From: Eledone cirrhosa
Taxonomy: Eukaryota
Direction of reading: 5' to 3'
DNA: 64,000 nucleotides
NCBI GenBank assembly: GCA_964016885.1
Contig: OZ024744.1
Location: forward strand, 69,502,001-69,566,000
Of the stretch, positions 37,173 through 50,607 are shown piece by piece; the first letter of the stretch is position 1, and each line of letters begins with the position of its first letter. The notes under the pieces are model-generated. The model did not search any database. It was not told the DNA's origin and was given only the letters and a program-made list of their open reading frames with translations. The position numbers were made by a program, and so were the translations under genes.

Positions 37173-37178
<6 letters not shown>
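36354..37178. repeat. ~210-bp direct repeat pair
   Basis: 36354-36572 is repeated almost exactly at 36962-37180. Confidence 0.9.
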
Positions 37179-37264
<86 letters not shown>

Positions 37265-37639
37265 TCAAAATGCCTAAGACACGCTGTTTATCTCGGTGTT
37301 AATAAACACACGAAAGGATCGATTTTGTGCGATAGTTAACCTTCATGAGAGAACTAACCTTCTAATTTAAGAAAAAAAGTATGCTTCTTGATTCTGGCAA
37401 CTAACTTTAATATTGGAGAGAAGGAATTAAATGACAGAATTAACCAGGCATAATATGAAATGAATAGAAGTAAACTTCTACATAGATAAAACGAAAGTTG
37501 GGTGTTAAATAAATGAACCAAAAAAAAAAAATATGAAGAATAGATTACTTTAATATTCAGTGACACATGTAGGTGTCTATCTTAAACCAGAAAACGTATG
37601 TGTTTGAAGGTTTATTGTCATTATTATGGTAATTCGAAG

Positions 37640-38395
37640 GGCGGCATCGGTAGAGCGCCAGACACCATGCTTTGCGGCAGAGAGTTAACTTTGCCTTTCA
37701 TCCTTACGCGGTCGACAATATACAGCACCAGTCATGTACTGGGGTAATTTATGGCATTGTGCCAAAAGTAGAAACAATTATTGTCATTCGTTGAGTTCAA
37801 ATCTCATCGAGGTTAACTTTACCTTTCATCCTTAAGGGGTCGATAAAATAAAGTATCAGTAATCTACTGGTGTCAATTTAATCGACTTTCCCTTCCTTCA
37901 AAAATTAGTGGTCTTGTGCCTATAGTAGAAATCATTATTATGGGAATTCGCAGGGTGATGGATTGGCAGAATCGGTAGAGCGTTGGACGACATGCTTAGT
38001 GTCATAGAGTTACAACCCTTTACGTTCTGAATTCAAATCCCCCGAGGTTAGCTTTGCCTTTCATCCTTTCGGGGTCGATAAAATAAAGTTCCGGTAATGT
38101 ACTGGGGTCGATTTAATCGACTTTCCCCTTTCACCCAAAATTGTTGTCATCGTGCCTAAATCAAAAATCATTGGATTATCAGAATCGGTAGAGCATTGGA
38201 CACCATGCTTTGCAGCATAGAGTTATGGCCGTTTACGTTCTGAGCTCAAATACCCCCTCCCCAGGTTAGCTTTGCCTTTCGTCCTTACGGGATCGATAAA
38301 TAAAGTGCCCGTCATGTACTGGGATCGATTTAATCGACTTTCCCCTCTCCCCTAAATTACTGGCCTTGTGCTTATACTAGAAATCATTATTATTG
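37640..38395 (+). mobile_element. Head-to-tail array of four tRNA-derived SINEs
   Basis: Four repeats of CCTTTC.TCCTT..G.G.TCGA. The units end in AGAAACAATTATT, AGAAATCATTATTA or AAAAATCATT. Confidence 0.88.
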
Positions 38396-38633
38396 TCATT
38401 CGTTTATAGACATTGTATATTGTAATTTATGGAAGCCTCATCAATTAGTTTACAAGACCTCGCTCTCTTGTTTTCTGCCATGATGTGTGGATAATTCGCT
38501 CTAATATCTCTGTCCGTATTCACTTTGATATTCCAGGAAACACATTTTTATTGTCCACTGCATTCTCTGGGGCATGCTTATACAATCTTTCTGTGGCTTC
38601 ATTTTCTGTATTTCTTCCAATGAAAATAGATAT

Positions 38634-39150
38634 GTTTCTTTATTAGCCACAGGGGCACAAAAGAAGGGGACAAATACAAAGAGGGAAGTTTACATACAAT
38701 AAAAACGTGTAAAATATTATCACAAATGTAATTTAAAAGTTAATCGATTTTCCCCAATAGGAGGAGACATTTCATATGGGTAACACAAACCCCCGAAAAA
38801 AATGTGCAACCCTCATCTCCAGGAGTACGAAGAGTTTGTACCCCTTTCCTCTCTTCCTCCTTTTCCTCAACCTACAGGCTTTCACCCACCTTTCATAAAA
38901 GTTGCTGGGGTCAGCACCTCTCTCTCCATCCTGATTCTTCTTCCAAAGTAGTATTTGAAAAAAAGAATCAGTTGTTGGCCGGAGAGAAAGGTGTCTGATC
39001 TCAGCCCTTTTAACCTCGTCCACCATACAAACTCTTTCGCCATAGCTATCACACAAAGGAAAACCGCCTCTCCTTCGTTTTTGAAAATAGATAGCAACAA
39101 TGTTATGTCTTCTGATATATATCTAACCCGATCAATGTGAGAGGCATCCA
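38634..39150 (-). mobile_element. 3' fragment of a related Tx1 family
   Basis: EGEAVFLCVIAMAKEFVWWTRLKGL matches the ORF2 C-terminus of copies A-C. The 3' end reads GTGGCTAATAAAGAAAC. Confidence 0.88.
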
Positions 39151-39298
39151 ACTAATGGTTATTAGAGATACTATTTGAATTCTTAATGTGTTCGGAAGGA
39201 ATATAATAGATCTGTTCTAATAATATAATAATATAGAACCCATTTGTTTTACGAAGAGAAATGAATAAATATCGGCTTCTTTCAAAGCATGTTTATGG

Positions 39299-39337
<39 letters not shown>

Positions 39338-39446
39338 CAGATTAAAGTTTAAGCAAAGAATCACTGGTTTCACCCTTAACGAGATCTTCTGAAACAAAAA
39401 AATTCAATCTGTGAACGCAGAAGTAAATATTTCGAAAAACGTTACA

Positions 39447-39512
<66 letters not shown>

Positions 39513-39559
39513 TATATACATATATACACACACACACATAGCGACGTCATAATGTCGTA

Positions 39560-39828
39560 ATGCAGACAGCCAGACAGCCAGACAGATATTATTAGGGCGT
39601 AACGTTATATTTATGTATCTATCTAAAAAGAAAGACTAAGAATTATAGAGAGAGAGATTGCTAAATCGCCTAATGCGGTTCCTAGGGCTGAAAATTCGAA
39701 ATTTTCTTTGCTCAAAACACTCATACGACCATACGTATTACATGTGTAAAGTTTGAAAAAAATCGGTTGGGTGGTTCTCGAGTTTTAGGGAGTCAGACAG
39801 ACATTCTCTGTTTTAGATGTGTAGATAT
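39560..39828 (-). mobile_element. Probable non-autonomous Helitron 5' fragment(s)
   Basis: The minus strand starts A|TCTAC..AATGTCTGTCTG..CTCGAGAACC..CCGATTTT..CAAACTTTACAC, a Helitron-like 5' pattern. No 3' CTAG hairpin was seen. Confidence 0.45.
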
Positions 39829-40304
39829 ATTATTTACAATTTGTGTCTCTCTAGAAATAGAGGTGTGGGCGCTGAGGGTATTACGTGGTCGTGAGCGGTG
39901 TGGTGACCCAACATGTTTGAGAACCTCTGACTTATAGGATCATTTTTGGCCTTCTCTGGGTTATATCTATCAAAGGATTTAAAGTAAGAGTGGTTTACCA
40001 AATTTTTGGGACAACTTCCTTTGTAGAGTAGATATTTCGTCAGCAGCCCCACAACTCACTCCACCCATGCTATAAAGTTTTCCTTCGCTAAATGGGGGCG
40101 AGAGTATCATATTTAGGACAGGAGCTCCACGATGTTAAAGGGCATATGAGATGGGTATCGTTTTCTATTCTCTGCGGCAAAGATATATCGTTCAGTCACA
40201 GGTAAAGAGTTGCCCCTTCCTCATTTCTTTCTTCCTTTTCTTCATTTATTTATTTTTTGTTTTTCATTTTTTATGGGGCTTTTTTATTGTCATTATGGTA
40301 TTTT

Positions 40305-40485
40305 AGCAGTATCGGTAGAGGGTTGGGCGCCATGCTTTCTAGCATAATTACGTCCCTTTACGGTCTGAGTTCAAATCCCGTCGAGGTTAACTTTGCCTTT
40401 CATCCTTACGGGGTCGATAAAATAAAGTACCAGTAATGTACTGGGTAATTGCTGGCCTTGTGCCAAAAGTAGAAACAATTATTAT
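40305..40485 (+). mobile_element. tRNA-derived SINE
   Basis: Same family as 6360. Confidence 0.87.
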
Positions 40486-40742
40486 AAATTGTACATTGAA
40501 AATTAAAGTTCAATATATTTTAAAAAAACATTATTTATAGCGATAAATGGAAAAGAATGAAACGAAATTTCGTTTCTCACTCTTGGTACGGCTGTTACAT
40601 ATTTATATTATTTAAAGCATTTATTAAAAGAAACTAAAGGTGGCAATTTTACGGGCAGGTAATAATTTGTAGTCTTTGTTCCTTTTTCTTCTATTTCCCT
40701 CATTATACTTTCCAAGGACCCCTCACACACACACGCACACAC

Positions 40743-40843
<101 letters not shown>

Positions 40844-40914
40844 GCCACATACCTTCCAATGTCCCCGAACTAATTTTGGGAATCATTGATTTAAAGTAAG
40901 CAATACCAAAGAGC

Positions 40915-41130
40915 GTGAAGGCATGTGGCTGAGTGGTTAGAGAATTGGATTCGCGATCTTGAAGTCGTGAGTTCGATTTCCCGGACCGGGCGATGCGTTA
41001 TGTCACTTTATTTCACGTTGCTCCTTCTACCTAGAGTTGCGACCGATAGATAGTATTAGCAATTGGAAAGACCGATGGAAACATTGTTTCCTCGGTCCGA
41101 TTTGACGAAAGTCGATCGAGTGTCAATACC
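40915..41130 (+). mobile_element. Second tRNA-derived SINE family
   Basis: A box TGGCTGAGTGG and B box GAGTTCGATTTCC, followed by a non-tRNA body. There is no intact cloverleaf. Confidence 0.65.
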
Positions 41131-41838
41131 AAAGACCGAAACAATTTACAAGTATATCACACAGCCATTGATTGTCAAAATAATAATAATGTAATAATGA
41201 AAATATTGTGTACAGTGCTCAGATGCACTACAACTCATCAAAAAGTGTATATATAGTACATAGTGTAATGTACAAACGTCAGGAAAGTGAACGGTGAAGA
41301 GTGCATGAGTCATATGTCACAGCTGCTTAGAATTAGACCTTTTAATCCATAAATTGCTCTCGGTCATTATTGTCATATTAGGTTCATTTGAGGTTATACT
41401 ATTTTTTGTTAGTTTATAAAACGCACTACTCTAATTATTTAAACAACAAAGATGTATTAACGTATCAGTTATAGTTAATAAGATGGGTCAGTTACTGTTG
41501 CAATATGTTGTTCTATATTACATGCTACCATCCTACAAAACATTCTAGCCAAAATATTTACAAAAGCATACAAACAAAGAAACAGGGTTGGTAATTTTAC
41601 ATTTCACTGATTATTACGCATCAGAAAACTACGGCATGCTAAAAAAAAGCCTATAGATGACTGATTATATGACACATTTACACAACTCATCACACACACA
41701 CTTGTACACAAAGACACACATATACACCCCCCCCCCCCCACACACACAAACCACACAAACGCATACACACACGCACACAAAGACAAACACACACACAAAC
41801 ACACACACAAACGCACAACGCACAGACATACACGCATA

Positions 41839-41885
<47 letters not shown>

Positions 41886-42338
41886 AAACACACAAACACA
41901 CAAAAACACAAAAACACAAACACACACAAACAAACAAAAATATACACATACATAAACGCTGATACACACATACACACACAAACACAAACATACACACACT
42001 CACACACACACATACTCAAACAAACACACACAATCCCATATATATATACATAGACACCAGTAAATGACACTGTGCCACTCCGTGGTAATTTCGCATAGAA
42101 AAAATAACGATCAAATTTCCTTGAAATTACACTCATCCGACATATAAAAGGAAGAACACATTAAATGGGGTCTAGGGTTCGATCCTACTGCTTAACATCT
42201 TGGGCGATTGTCTTTAACATAGTCTTGTCTCGGGTCAACACTTGTTAGTGAAGCTGAGTAGACAGAAATAGCGAGGAGGTCCGTTAGATTGATTGCACCA
42301 GTAATTCAAATATCCAGCCTTGTCATATTGATTTAGCT

Positions 42339-42409
<71 letters not shown>

Positions 42410-42412
<3 letters not shown>

Positions 42413-43100
42413 GATATTAATAAATGGAAACTATATTTATAAAACCATATTTATTTCATTATACATATTTCAGGGATACCAAATTAAATTATGGTATGCC
42501 TTCATCAGACAAAATACAATATATAACAGTTTTACAAATAAGCTTTGACGTACCCTATTAAAATGCAACCATTATTTTTGGAAGCCATCTGGATAGTGAG
42601 TTGTTTATATTATTTAAATAAGTCATAGTGTTAAGGACAATTAGAAAAAGACGGAGAGAAAGAAAAAGACGGAGAGAGAGAAAGAAAAAACGTGGAGAAA
42701 TATCGGAGAGAGAAATGCATGGAGAGGAGAAAAGAAAGATACCAAATTAAATTATGGTATGCCTTCGTCTTTTTCTAATTGTCCATAACACTATGACTTA
42801 TTAAAATAATATAAACAACTCACTATCCAGATGGCTTCCAAAAATAATGGTTGCATTTTAATAGGGTACGTCAAAGCTTATTTGTAAAACTGTTATATAT
42901 TGTATTTTGTCTGATGAAGGCATGCCATAATTTAATTTGGTATCCCTGAAATATGTATAATGAAATAAATATGGTTTTATAAATATAGTTTCCATTTATT
43001 AATATCGTATATCTACTCCAAATACTTGTCGAGTGCTTTATATCAGTTATAAAAATATTTACTTGTTGTATCCCAACAATTTTAAATAGAACTTTTGCAT
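42410..43100. repeat. Fold-back element with hammerhead motifs in both arms (42907-42962 plus; ~42459-42513 minus)
   Basis: ~42410-42651 is the reverse complement of ~42767-43012. The motif is CTGATGA-agg/cct-GAAA-TAT-GTA. The 43010-43100 extension is homologous to the reverse complement of 1090-1180. Confidence 0.88.
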
Positions 43101-43112
43101 ATATATATATAT

Positions 43113-43326
43113 ATTAATAAGAGGAATTTCAACTTTGTCTGATTTACTCGTTTTATTTACAATCCTACAATTTATAATGGTATTATATTGAAATAGTATG
43201 ATAGAATATTAAATGTTAAGTGTTAATTGAACAAGTACTTTCATGCTTGCACAATCTTCAGGTTCATAATGTGTGGTGACAGTCAAGTTTGCAATTTTCA
43301 CAGTTGAAATTCCTCTTATTAATATA
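43113..43326 (-). repeat. Short element with ~24-bp terminal inverted repeats and a hammerhead at 43228-43266 (minus strand)
   Basis: The ends are ATTAATAAGAGGAATTTCAACT and AGTTGAAATTCCTCTTATTAAT. The minus strand reads tgaac-CTGAAGA-ttgt/gcat-GAAAGTACTT-gttca. Confidence 0.78.
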
Positions 43327-43357
43327 ATCTTCTATACACAATCATACACACCCGTAT

Positions 43358-44267
<910 letters not shown>

Positions 44268-44337
44268 GAATCTGGTCCCTTTGCGATTTGAACACATATA
44301 TTTATATATCTGTGTTCGTTTTTCTTTTATATTCAAT

Positions 44338-44408
<71 letters not shown>

Positions 44409-44516
44409 TAGTAACACAACAGTTAGTTCACCATACCGAGAACAATTGTTTCACCTCGTCCAATGGCCTGAGTGCTCTACCATTACGGATATTACCTTCC
44501 ATGGTTCTACTTCTCC

Positions 44517-44528
<12 letters not shown>

Positions 44529-44551
<23 letters not shown>

Positions 44552-45465
44552 AATTTGAACAACGTCAGTATTCCGTGTGTCATAATTCTCGCTTGTCATT
44601 GGTTCATAGGTTTCAAACGACTCCGCCCACCTCAAAGACGCCAAACTTAAATTAATATGCATAACGCCATTGAGGGAGTGAGAGGGGAGAGTAAGAAACA
44701 GAGAGGCAAAGTGTACGCTGTAACTATTACCATGTGTGGGTGTGTATGTACGTACGCGTATGTTTATGTGTGTGTGTGCGTGCGTGCAGCGTTCCACAGA
44801 AAGTAAAAATTATCAACATGTGTGAGTGTGTAAGTGTGTGTAAGTGCACGGGTGCGTGTGTAAGTTTGCATGCGTGTGCGCGTTTCCATGCGTGTATGTG
44901 TGTGTACGTGGGGCGTTCCACAATCGCCACGCAGTTTATCTGTCTGTGTGCCTCTCTGTCAGTCTAACATACACAGAGTTGTGAAGGGAGTAAATAGGGA
45001 TCTTTTTTTACATTGACGGACATCTTTTATATTTATTATTGTGTCATTTTTTGACAATTGCTCGAAATGAATACTGATAATAAAAGCAATTCGACTTTAT
45101 CAAACAGTGAACTACAGCGGCGGCGACGTGGAGCCAGGAATGAAGAAAAACGGGCCGAGCAGCGCCATCAGGAACGCCGAACTTCAGAGGCGAAGACGTG
45201 CCGCCGTGAATGAAGAGGAGCTGGCTGAACAACACCAACGAAACACTGGAGCCAAGCAGCGACGGCGTGCTTCGATGGTTGAAGACGAACTGGCTGAGCA
45301 TCATCTTTTATATTAATTATCTATATTTATATCTACATATAATATAAAAGATTGGAACTTCCATCATCCTTTTGAGAAACGTAGAACAACCAATTTCTCG
45401 AAATGAATACTGATAATAAAAGCAATTCATCTGCTTACCCGGGTGAAGCTGGGTACGTCAGCTAG
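44529..45465 (+). mobile_element. Non-autonomous Helitron (possibly nested)
   Basis: 3' hairpin ACCCGGgtgaagCTGGGT followed by CTAG|T at 45462-45465. TCTA starts occur at 44530 and 45332. An R/E-rich repeat peptide at 45107-45316 resembles Helitron N-termini. Confidence 0.65.
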
Positions 45466-45473
45466 TATATATA

Positions 45474-45678
45474 TAACGAAGGAAGTGTGGTAAGGAACAA
45501 GATGGACCATAACGCACCAGAGTACTCAATACTTAGGATATTAGAGTGGGTAATAAGAAAATGTTCAAGACCCCGACGGCAGAGCTCAAGCCGTTTCAAC
45601 GGCTATTTCTGGAATATTCCAGAAATAGCTGTCGAAACGGCTTGGGCTCTGCCGTCGGGGTCTTGAACATTTTCCTAT
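45474..45678. repeat. Hairpin element carrying the 3' half of a hammerhead (GAAACGGC..GCCGTC); family members at 35772-35830, 45912-46095 and 47685-47820
   Basis: Palindrome centred on CTGGAATATTCCAG (45609-45622). It shares a terminus with the other copies, and all abut (TA)n. Confidence 0.75.
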
Positions 45679-45759
45679 ATATATATATATATTTATATAT
45701 AGATATACTCGCAGGCCACCGAACCGAAGAGTTCGCCTGACCGCCTGCATATCAGTGGA

Positions 45760-45820
45760 TTTTATCTGAAGAGAACATGTTTTGACTTATGTTATACATC
45801 TTCGAAATGCGTATAATAAA
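45760..45820 (+). ncRNA. Minimal hammerhead motif
   Basis: ttta-t-CTGAAGA-gaa..ttc-GAAA-TGC-GTA-taa, followed by AATAAA. Confidence 0.65.
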
Positions 45821-45872
45821 ATAAATAGGGATGGACTAAAGTAACTGTCTTTAATTGAACAATATATATATA

Positions 45873-45915
<43 letters not shown>

Positions 45916-46093
45916 AGGCTCAGGACCTCGGCGGCAGAGTTCAAGCCGTTTCGTCGGCTATTTCTGGACTAGTCCAGAACCTTTTCGACCTTGTCGGAGT
46001 CCTGAATCTTTTCCTATTACCCACTCTACTACCCTAAGTATTAAGTACTCTGGTGCGTCATGGTCCACCTGGTTCCTTAACACACTTCCTTCG

Positions 46094-46264
<171 letters not shown>

Positions 46265-46274
46265 CGCGCGCGCA

Positions 46275-46308
<34 letters not shown>

Positions 46309-46410
46309 TGCGGGTGTGTGTGTGTAAAGGGTAAACAGAAATAACAACACAATTGGTACAGTATATGGAAGCGTTATATTAGGTTAACGCTTGATATAGC
46401 AGGAAGAGGG

Positions 46411-46446
46411 TCTTAACGTTTCGGACGCTAGTCCTTCATCAGAAGA
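46411..46446 (-). ncRNA. Classic Penelope minimal hammerhead within a PLE 3'-end remnant (~46325-46650)
   Basis: The minus strand reads tctt-CTGATGA-a-ggac/gtcc-GAAACGTT-aaga, with a palindromic stem III (AACGTT). A related piece lies at 44408-44520. Confidence 0.82.
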
Positions 46447-46992
46447 AAAAATGAGAAATGAGATAGATTGAAGAGACGGGTGGGTTTTGGAGGGTATATC
46501 CGTAGTAGTAGAGCACTCATTCCATGGGACGAGTTTGTTAGAAGTAGTTCCACAACAGTTAGTTCACCATACAGAAAACAAATGTTTCATCTTAAGCGAA
46601 TCTTCAGTTCGGTTTGAGTGGAGTTGTATGGAAAAGGAAAATCAACCCTATGAAAACGCATGCGTAGAAATTTCTTTTTGCTTGGTATCTTTTGCACATT
46701 TATTACCTTAAAGAATATCTTTATATATAGTATGGTCTATATTTTACTCTTCACAATTGCTCCTTATACTGTGATATCTGTAACATAACATTTTTATGTC
46801 ACTCCTGCTTTTCAATATGATGTCACTGACATTTTAATAGTTATGTATCTTTATCAATGTTCTGAAGATTAGGATTATAATTACTTGTGTATGCTCCGAT
46901 GAATGCAGACATTTGTCTGGAAGAAACAATTGTCACCAATTAAATGTATTAAACTAAAGGTTGATTGTTTTATATGTTGTATATATATATTT

Positions 46993-47638
46993 CTAAGGCG
47001 GGTAAAATTCCCGAGATCCATGGACGAGTTCTCTCCAGCGGTCTCTGTCCCTCATTATCGCTGTCATGTCCTGCGTCTCCAACAGACCAGTGTCTGTCCT
47101 TAGGGCATCAATATACGTTAACCTTGGTCTTCCTCTTCCAGTGTGTCCATGTAGGGTCTCCCACAGGAGCACTGAGTGGAATGTCAACTCTGGATATCGG
47201 TGAACATGTCCAGCTAACCTCAATCTCCTCGGTGTCAGTTTGAGCTGACTTTTGGGAGGCTCCCATACAGCTCTGAGTTTTTCATTCTCAGTGTATACTG
47301 ATTAATCTGGTAGAGAATGTTGAGAAGCCAGAGGAGATCACTAATGTAGGCGGGAAGCCGCTAGAATTGGTTGAGGCCTTCCTGTATTTGGGAGCAAAGA
47401 TTGGGAATACGGAAGATGATGTGGTTGAGAGGAAGAGCAAGGCCTGGGCGGCGTACCACAGTTTGAGATCGGTGTGGAAGTCGGACCTTCGTAAAGACCT
47501 GAAAATCACCCTCTTCATTGCTGTAGTGGAGTCTGTGCTGCTGTACGGGTCTGAGACTTGGACACTGACCAAGAAACTCACTCAGATGGTGGATGGGTGC
47601 TACACGAGAATGCTGAGGATGGCTCTGAACATTAATCA

Positions 47639-47639
<1 letters not shown>
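46993..47639 (-). mobile_element. 5'-truncated RTE-clade LINE with a 5' inversion
   Basis: The plus piece encodes FLYLG..ESVLLYGSETWTL..YTRMLRMALNINQ. The minus piece continues INQYTLRMKNSELYG..RLAGH..GRGRPRLTYID. Confidence 0.88.
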
Positions 47640-47687
<48 letters not shown>

Positions 47688-47815
47688 AAAGAGGTTGGAT
47701 CTAGCTGTCGAAACGGCCGGAGCTCAGCTGTCGGGGTTCCGACTCTTTTCCTATTGCCCACTCTACTACCCTAAGTATTGAGTACTCTGGGGCGTTATGA
47801 TCCACACCCTCTTTG

Positions 47816-47881
<66 letters not shown>

Positions 47882-47885
<4 letters not shown>

Positions 47886-48120
47886 ATAATAATAAATTTG
47901 AAGACTAAAATCCAAAGAGGGCTCGATAAGGATAAATATATATATCAAATATATAAGAACCGTAGAGCAAATATTTATTAAAATAACAGAGTAAAGTTTA
48001 AGCAAAGAATCGCTGCTTCCACCCTTAACGGGATCTTCTGAAACTCAGAAGATCCCGTTAAGGGTGAAAGCAGCGATTCTTTGCTTAAACTTTAATCTGT
48101 TATTTTAATAAATAAATAAA
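47882..48120. repeat. Fold-back element; family members at 35853-36016 and 39330-39450
   Basis: ~47974-48040 is the reverse complement of ~48045-48113 around AAAC. The CAGAAGA-tccc/gggt-GAAA motif is only weakly hammerhead-like. Confidence 0.8.
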
Positions 48121-48148
48121 TATATATATATATATATATATATCCTCA

Positions 48149-48238
<90 letters not shown>

Positions 48239-48350
48239 TGAGGATGTGTGTGTTAAGGTTTGTAACGTATGCACGTCCACAATTTCCAACGGATTCTATT
48301 CAAAGTCGGGACAAAAATTTCTAATCAATCAACAATAAGGGCAAAAATCG

Positions 48351-48698
48351 ATCATGCTTTGAAGTTTAACACAACTCCCTATAGTTTAGCTTTACTCTCT
48401 CTGTCGCTCTTCCCTCTCTCTATAATAGATCATTCCCCCTCTCTATAATTTAACTGCTTTACTCCCTTCATGCTTTGGGGTTTAACACACCTCCCTATAG
48501 TTTCTTAGCGTTACTCTCTCTCTGTCGCTCTTCCCTCTCTCTATAATATATTATTCCCCCTCTCTATAATTTAACTGCTTTACTCCCTTCATGCTTTGGG
48601 GTTTAATACACCTCCCTATAGTTTCTTATCTTTAATCTCTCCGTCGCTCTTCCCCCTCTCTTTAATAGATTATTTTCCCTCTCTATAATTTAACTGCT
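48351..48698 (+). repeat. ~120-bp tandem repeat, three copies, inside the Helitron
   Basis: TCATGCTTTG..GTTTAA.ACA.CTCCCTATAGTTT...CTCTCTATAATTTAACTGCT is repeated three times. Confidence 0.9.
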
Positions 48699-48941
48699 GG
48701 GGGAGTCATTGGCGTTCCGTATTGACATACGGCTTTTCTGGGGTATTTTAAATCAGCTTATTGCAAATAACAACCCGCAAAATAACACTTCATATAACAG
48801 ATGAATGCTATAGACATGAGTCGGAATGTTTTAATTATATAATTTTTCCGACTTTAATAGGTTAAATATTAATATGACAACACCCATAGTTCTGGCAATT
48901 CTGCCGAATATACTAAGTCCAAACTTCTGTCGGACCAAAGG

Positions 48942-50285
48942 TTGGCCTATTTAACTATCATTGACGCGGTTCAAAATCAGACTGGGAATATTTACTTTCT
49001 CGATGCTCCTGGCGGTACCGGAAAAACATTTGTAACGAAATTGATTCTCGCTAAGATTCGTCAGGAGAAAAAAATTGCGTTGGCCGTTGCATCGTCTGGG
49101 AACGCTGCTACTTTGCTGCCGGGAGGCAGGACAGCACATTCAACATTTAAACTACCCTTGGATTTAGTAAAAACTGAGACACCAACATGCTAATATCAGC
49201 AAGAGTTCACACGAAGCTCTGGTTCTCAAAAAATGTTGCCTCATTGTTTGGGATGAGTGTACAATGGCACACAAGGCCCTTCAGGCATTGGACAGGACCC
49301 TGAAAGACATTGGGATTCTACGGCTCCTATGGGTGGCATAACCCTTCTGCTATCAGGGGATTTTTGGCAAACGCTGCCTGTCATCCCCAAAGGGACAAGA
49401 GCTGATGAAGTGCGTGCCTGCCTTAAGACGTCCATGTTGTGGCTCCAGGTGAAGTGTTTGTACCTGAGCACAAATATGCGTGCTCATTTGCATGGTGACA
49501 ACATGTCTGCAGCATTTGCTCAGAACATTTTAGCACTTGGTGAGGACAAGGTCCCTGCGGATGACAAGGGCGGCATAGCAATCGACTCCCTGTGCAACAT
49601 TGTGAGCAGCCCTTCATACCTTTGGGAAGCAATTTTTCCTAATGTCTCATCTAACTTTAAAAACCTCGATTGGCTCAGCGAAAGAGCCATCCTTGCTCCG
49701 AAAAATGCCATGGTTAATTTTATTAACGAGCAGCTGATTGAGAAGTTTCCCGGTAAAGAGCACATCTTCAAATCAATCGACCGGACGTCAGACCCCGACG
49801 TTATCGTTAATTATCCGGTTGAGTTATTAAATTCCTTTGAGCCCCCAGGGCTCCCATCTCACACTCTTAAGCTTAGGGTTGGCTGTCCCATTATGCTAAT
49901 AAGGAACTTGCGTCCACCAAAGCAGTGCAACGGTACTCGCATGGTCGTCAAGTCACTGACGCCCCATTTTATTAAGGCCACTATTGTAACGGGGTGCGGA
50001 AGAGGGGAGAATATTTTCATTCCAAGGATGAACCTTTTCCCCTCGGCGTCAGATATCCCGTTCGATTTCCGGCGATCCCAATTCCCGGTGAGACCATGTT
50101 TTGCCATGTCCATTAACAAGTCACAAGGGCAAACATTGTCGGTGGCGGGCATCCATTTGGGGGAGCCATGCTTCTCCTATGGCCAACTTTATGTTGCCTG
50201 TTCCCGTGTAGGGAGCAGGAATGGACTTTTTGATTACACTCCTCAAGGGATGACACGCAATATCGTCTACAAAGAGGTGCTATAG
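48942..50285 (+). pseudogene. PIF1-family (SF1B) Helitron helicase, disrupted
   Basis: DAPGGTGKTF, GGRTAHSTFKLP, GDFWQTLPV, RAILAPKN, MLIRNL..CNGTR, QFPVRPCFAMSINKSQGQT, QLYVACSRV and NIVYKEVL. Confidence 0.93.
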
Positions 50286-50607
50286 ATGTTGGTGCAGGTG
50301 TTGGAGGTGTTGGAGCTATGCCGTCTGGAAAACTATTTCCTGGTAGGGTCACCCATGGCAGACAGATCTGACACCGAGCGGCATCAGGGCTACCATCTTG
50401 CAACTTTGGTCTGCTAAATTCGCTATTGGAAGATTATTAACCCATCATTGATTGTCCAAAATGCTAATTGGTTCGTAACTTTTAATAACCGGTACAAATG
50501 CTTTACGCACTTAATTGATAAGCTTATTAGCTTTCAAGTCACGTTTACCTGTATGTAACTTTTCATACCAAATGAACAAACCCGAGCAACGCCGGGCTAA
50601 ACTGCTA

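Noticed and set aside
40918-40990. tRNA gene
   Set aside because: A and B boxes are present, but the stems do not close and a repeat body follows, so it is a SINE head.
46853-46913. Hammerhead (aatgtt-CTGAAGA..tccgat-GAATGCA-gacatt)
   Set aside because: Stems I and II are plausible, but the GAAA box and cleavage triplet are broken. Too degenerate to call.
48351-48698. CRISPR-like array
   Set aside because: The units are contiguous tandem repeats with no unique spacers, in a eukaryotic context.
48942-50285. Host PIF1 gene
   Set aside because: It is intronless, disrupted and bounded by a Helitron hairpin-CTAG end.
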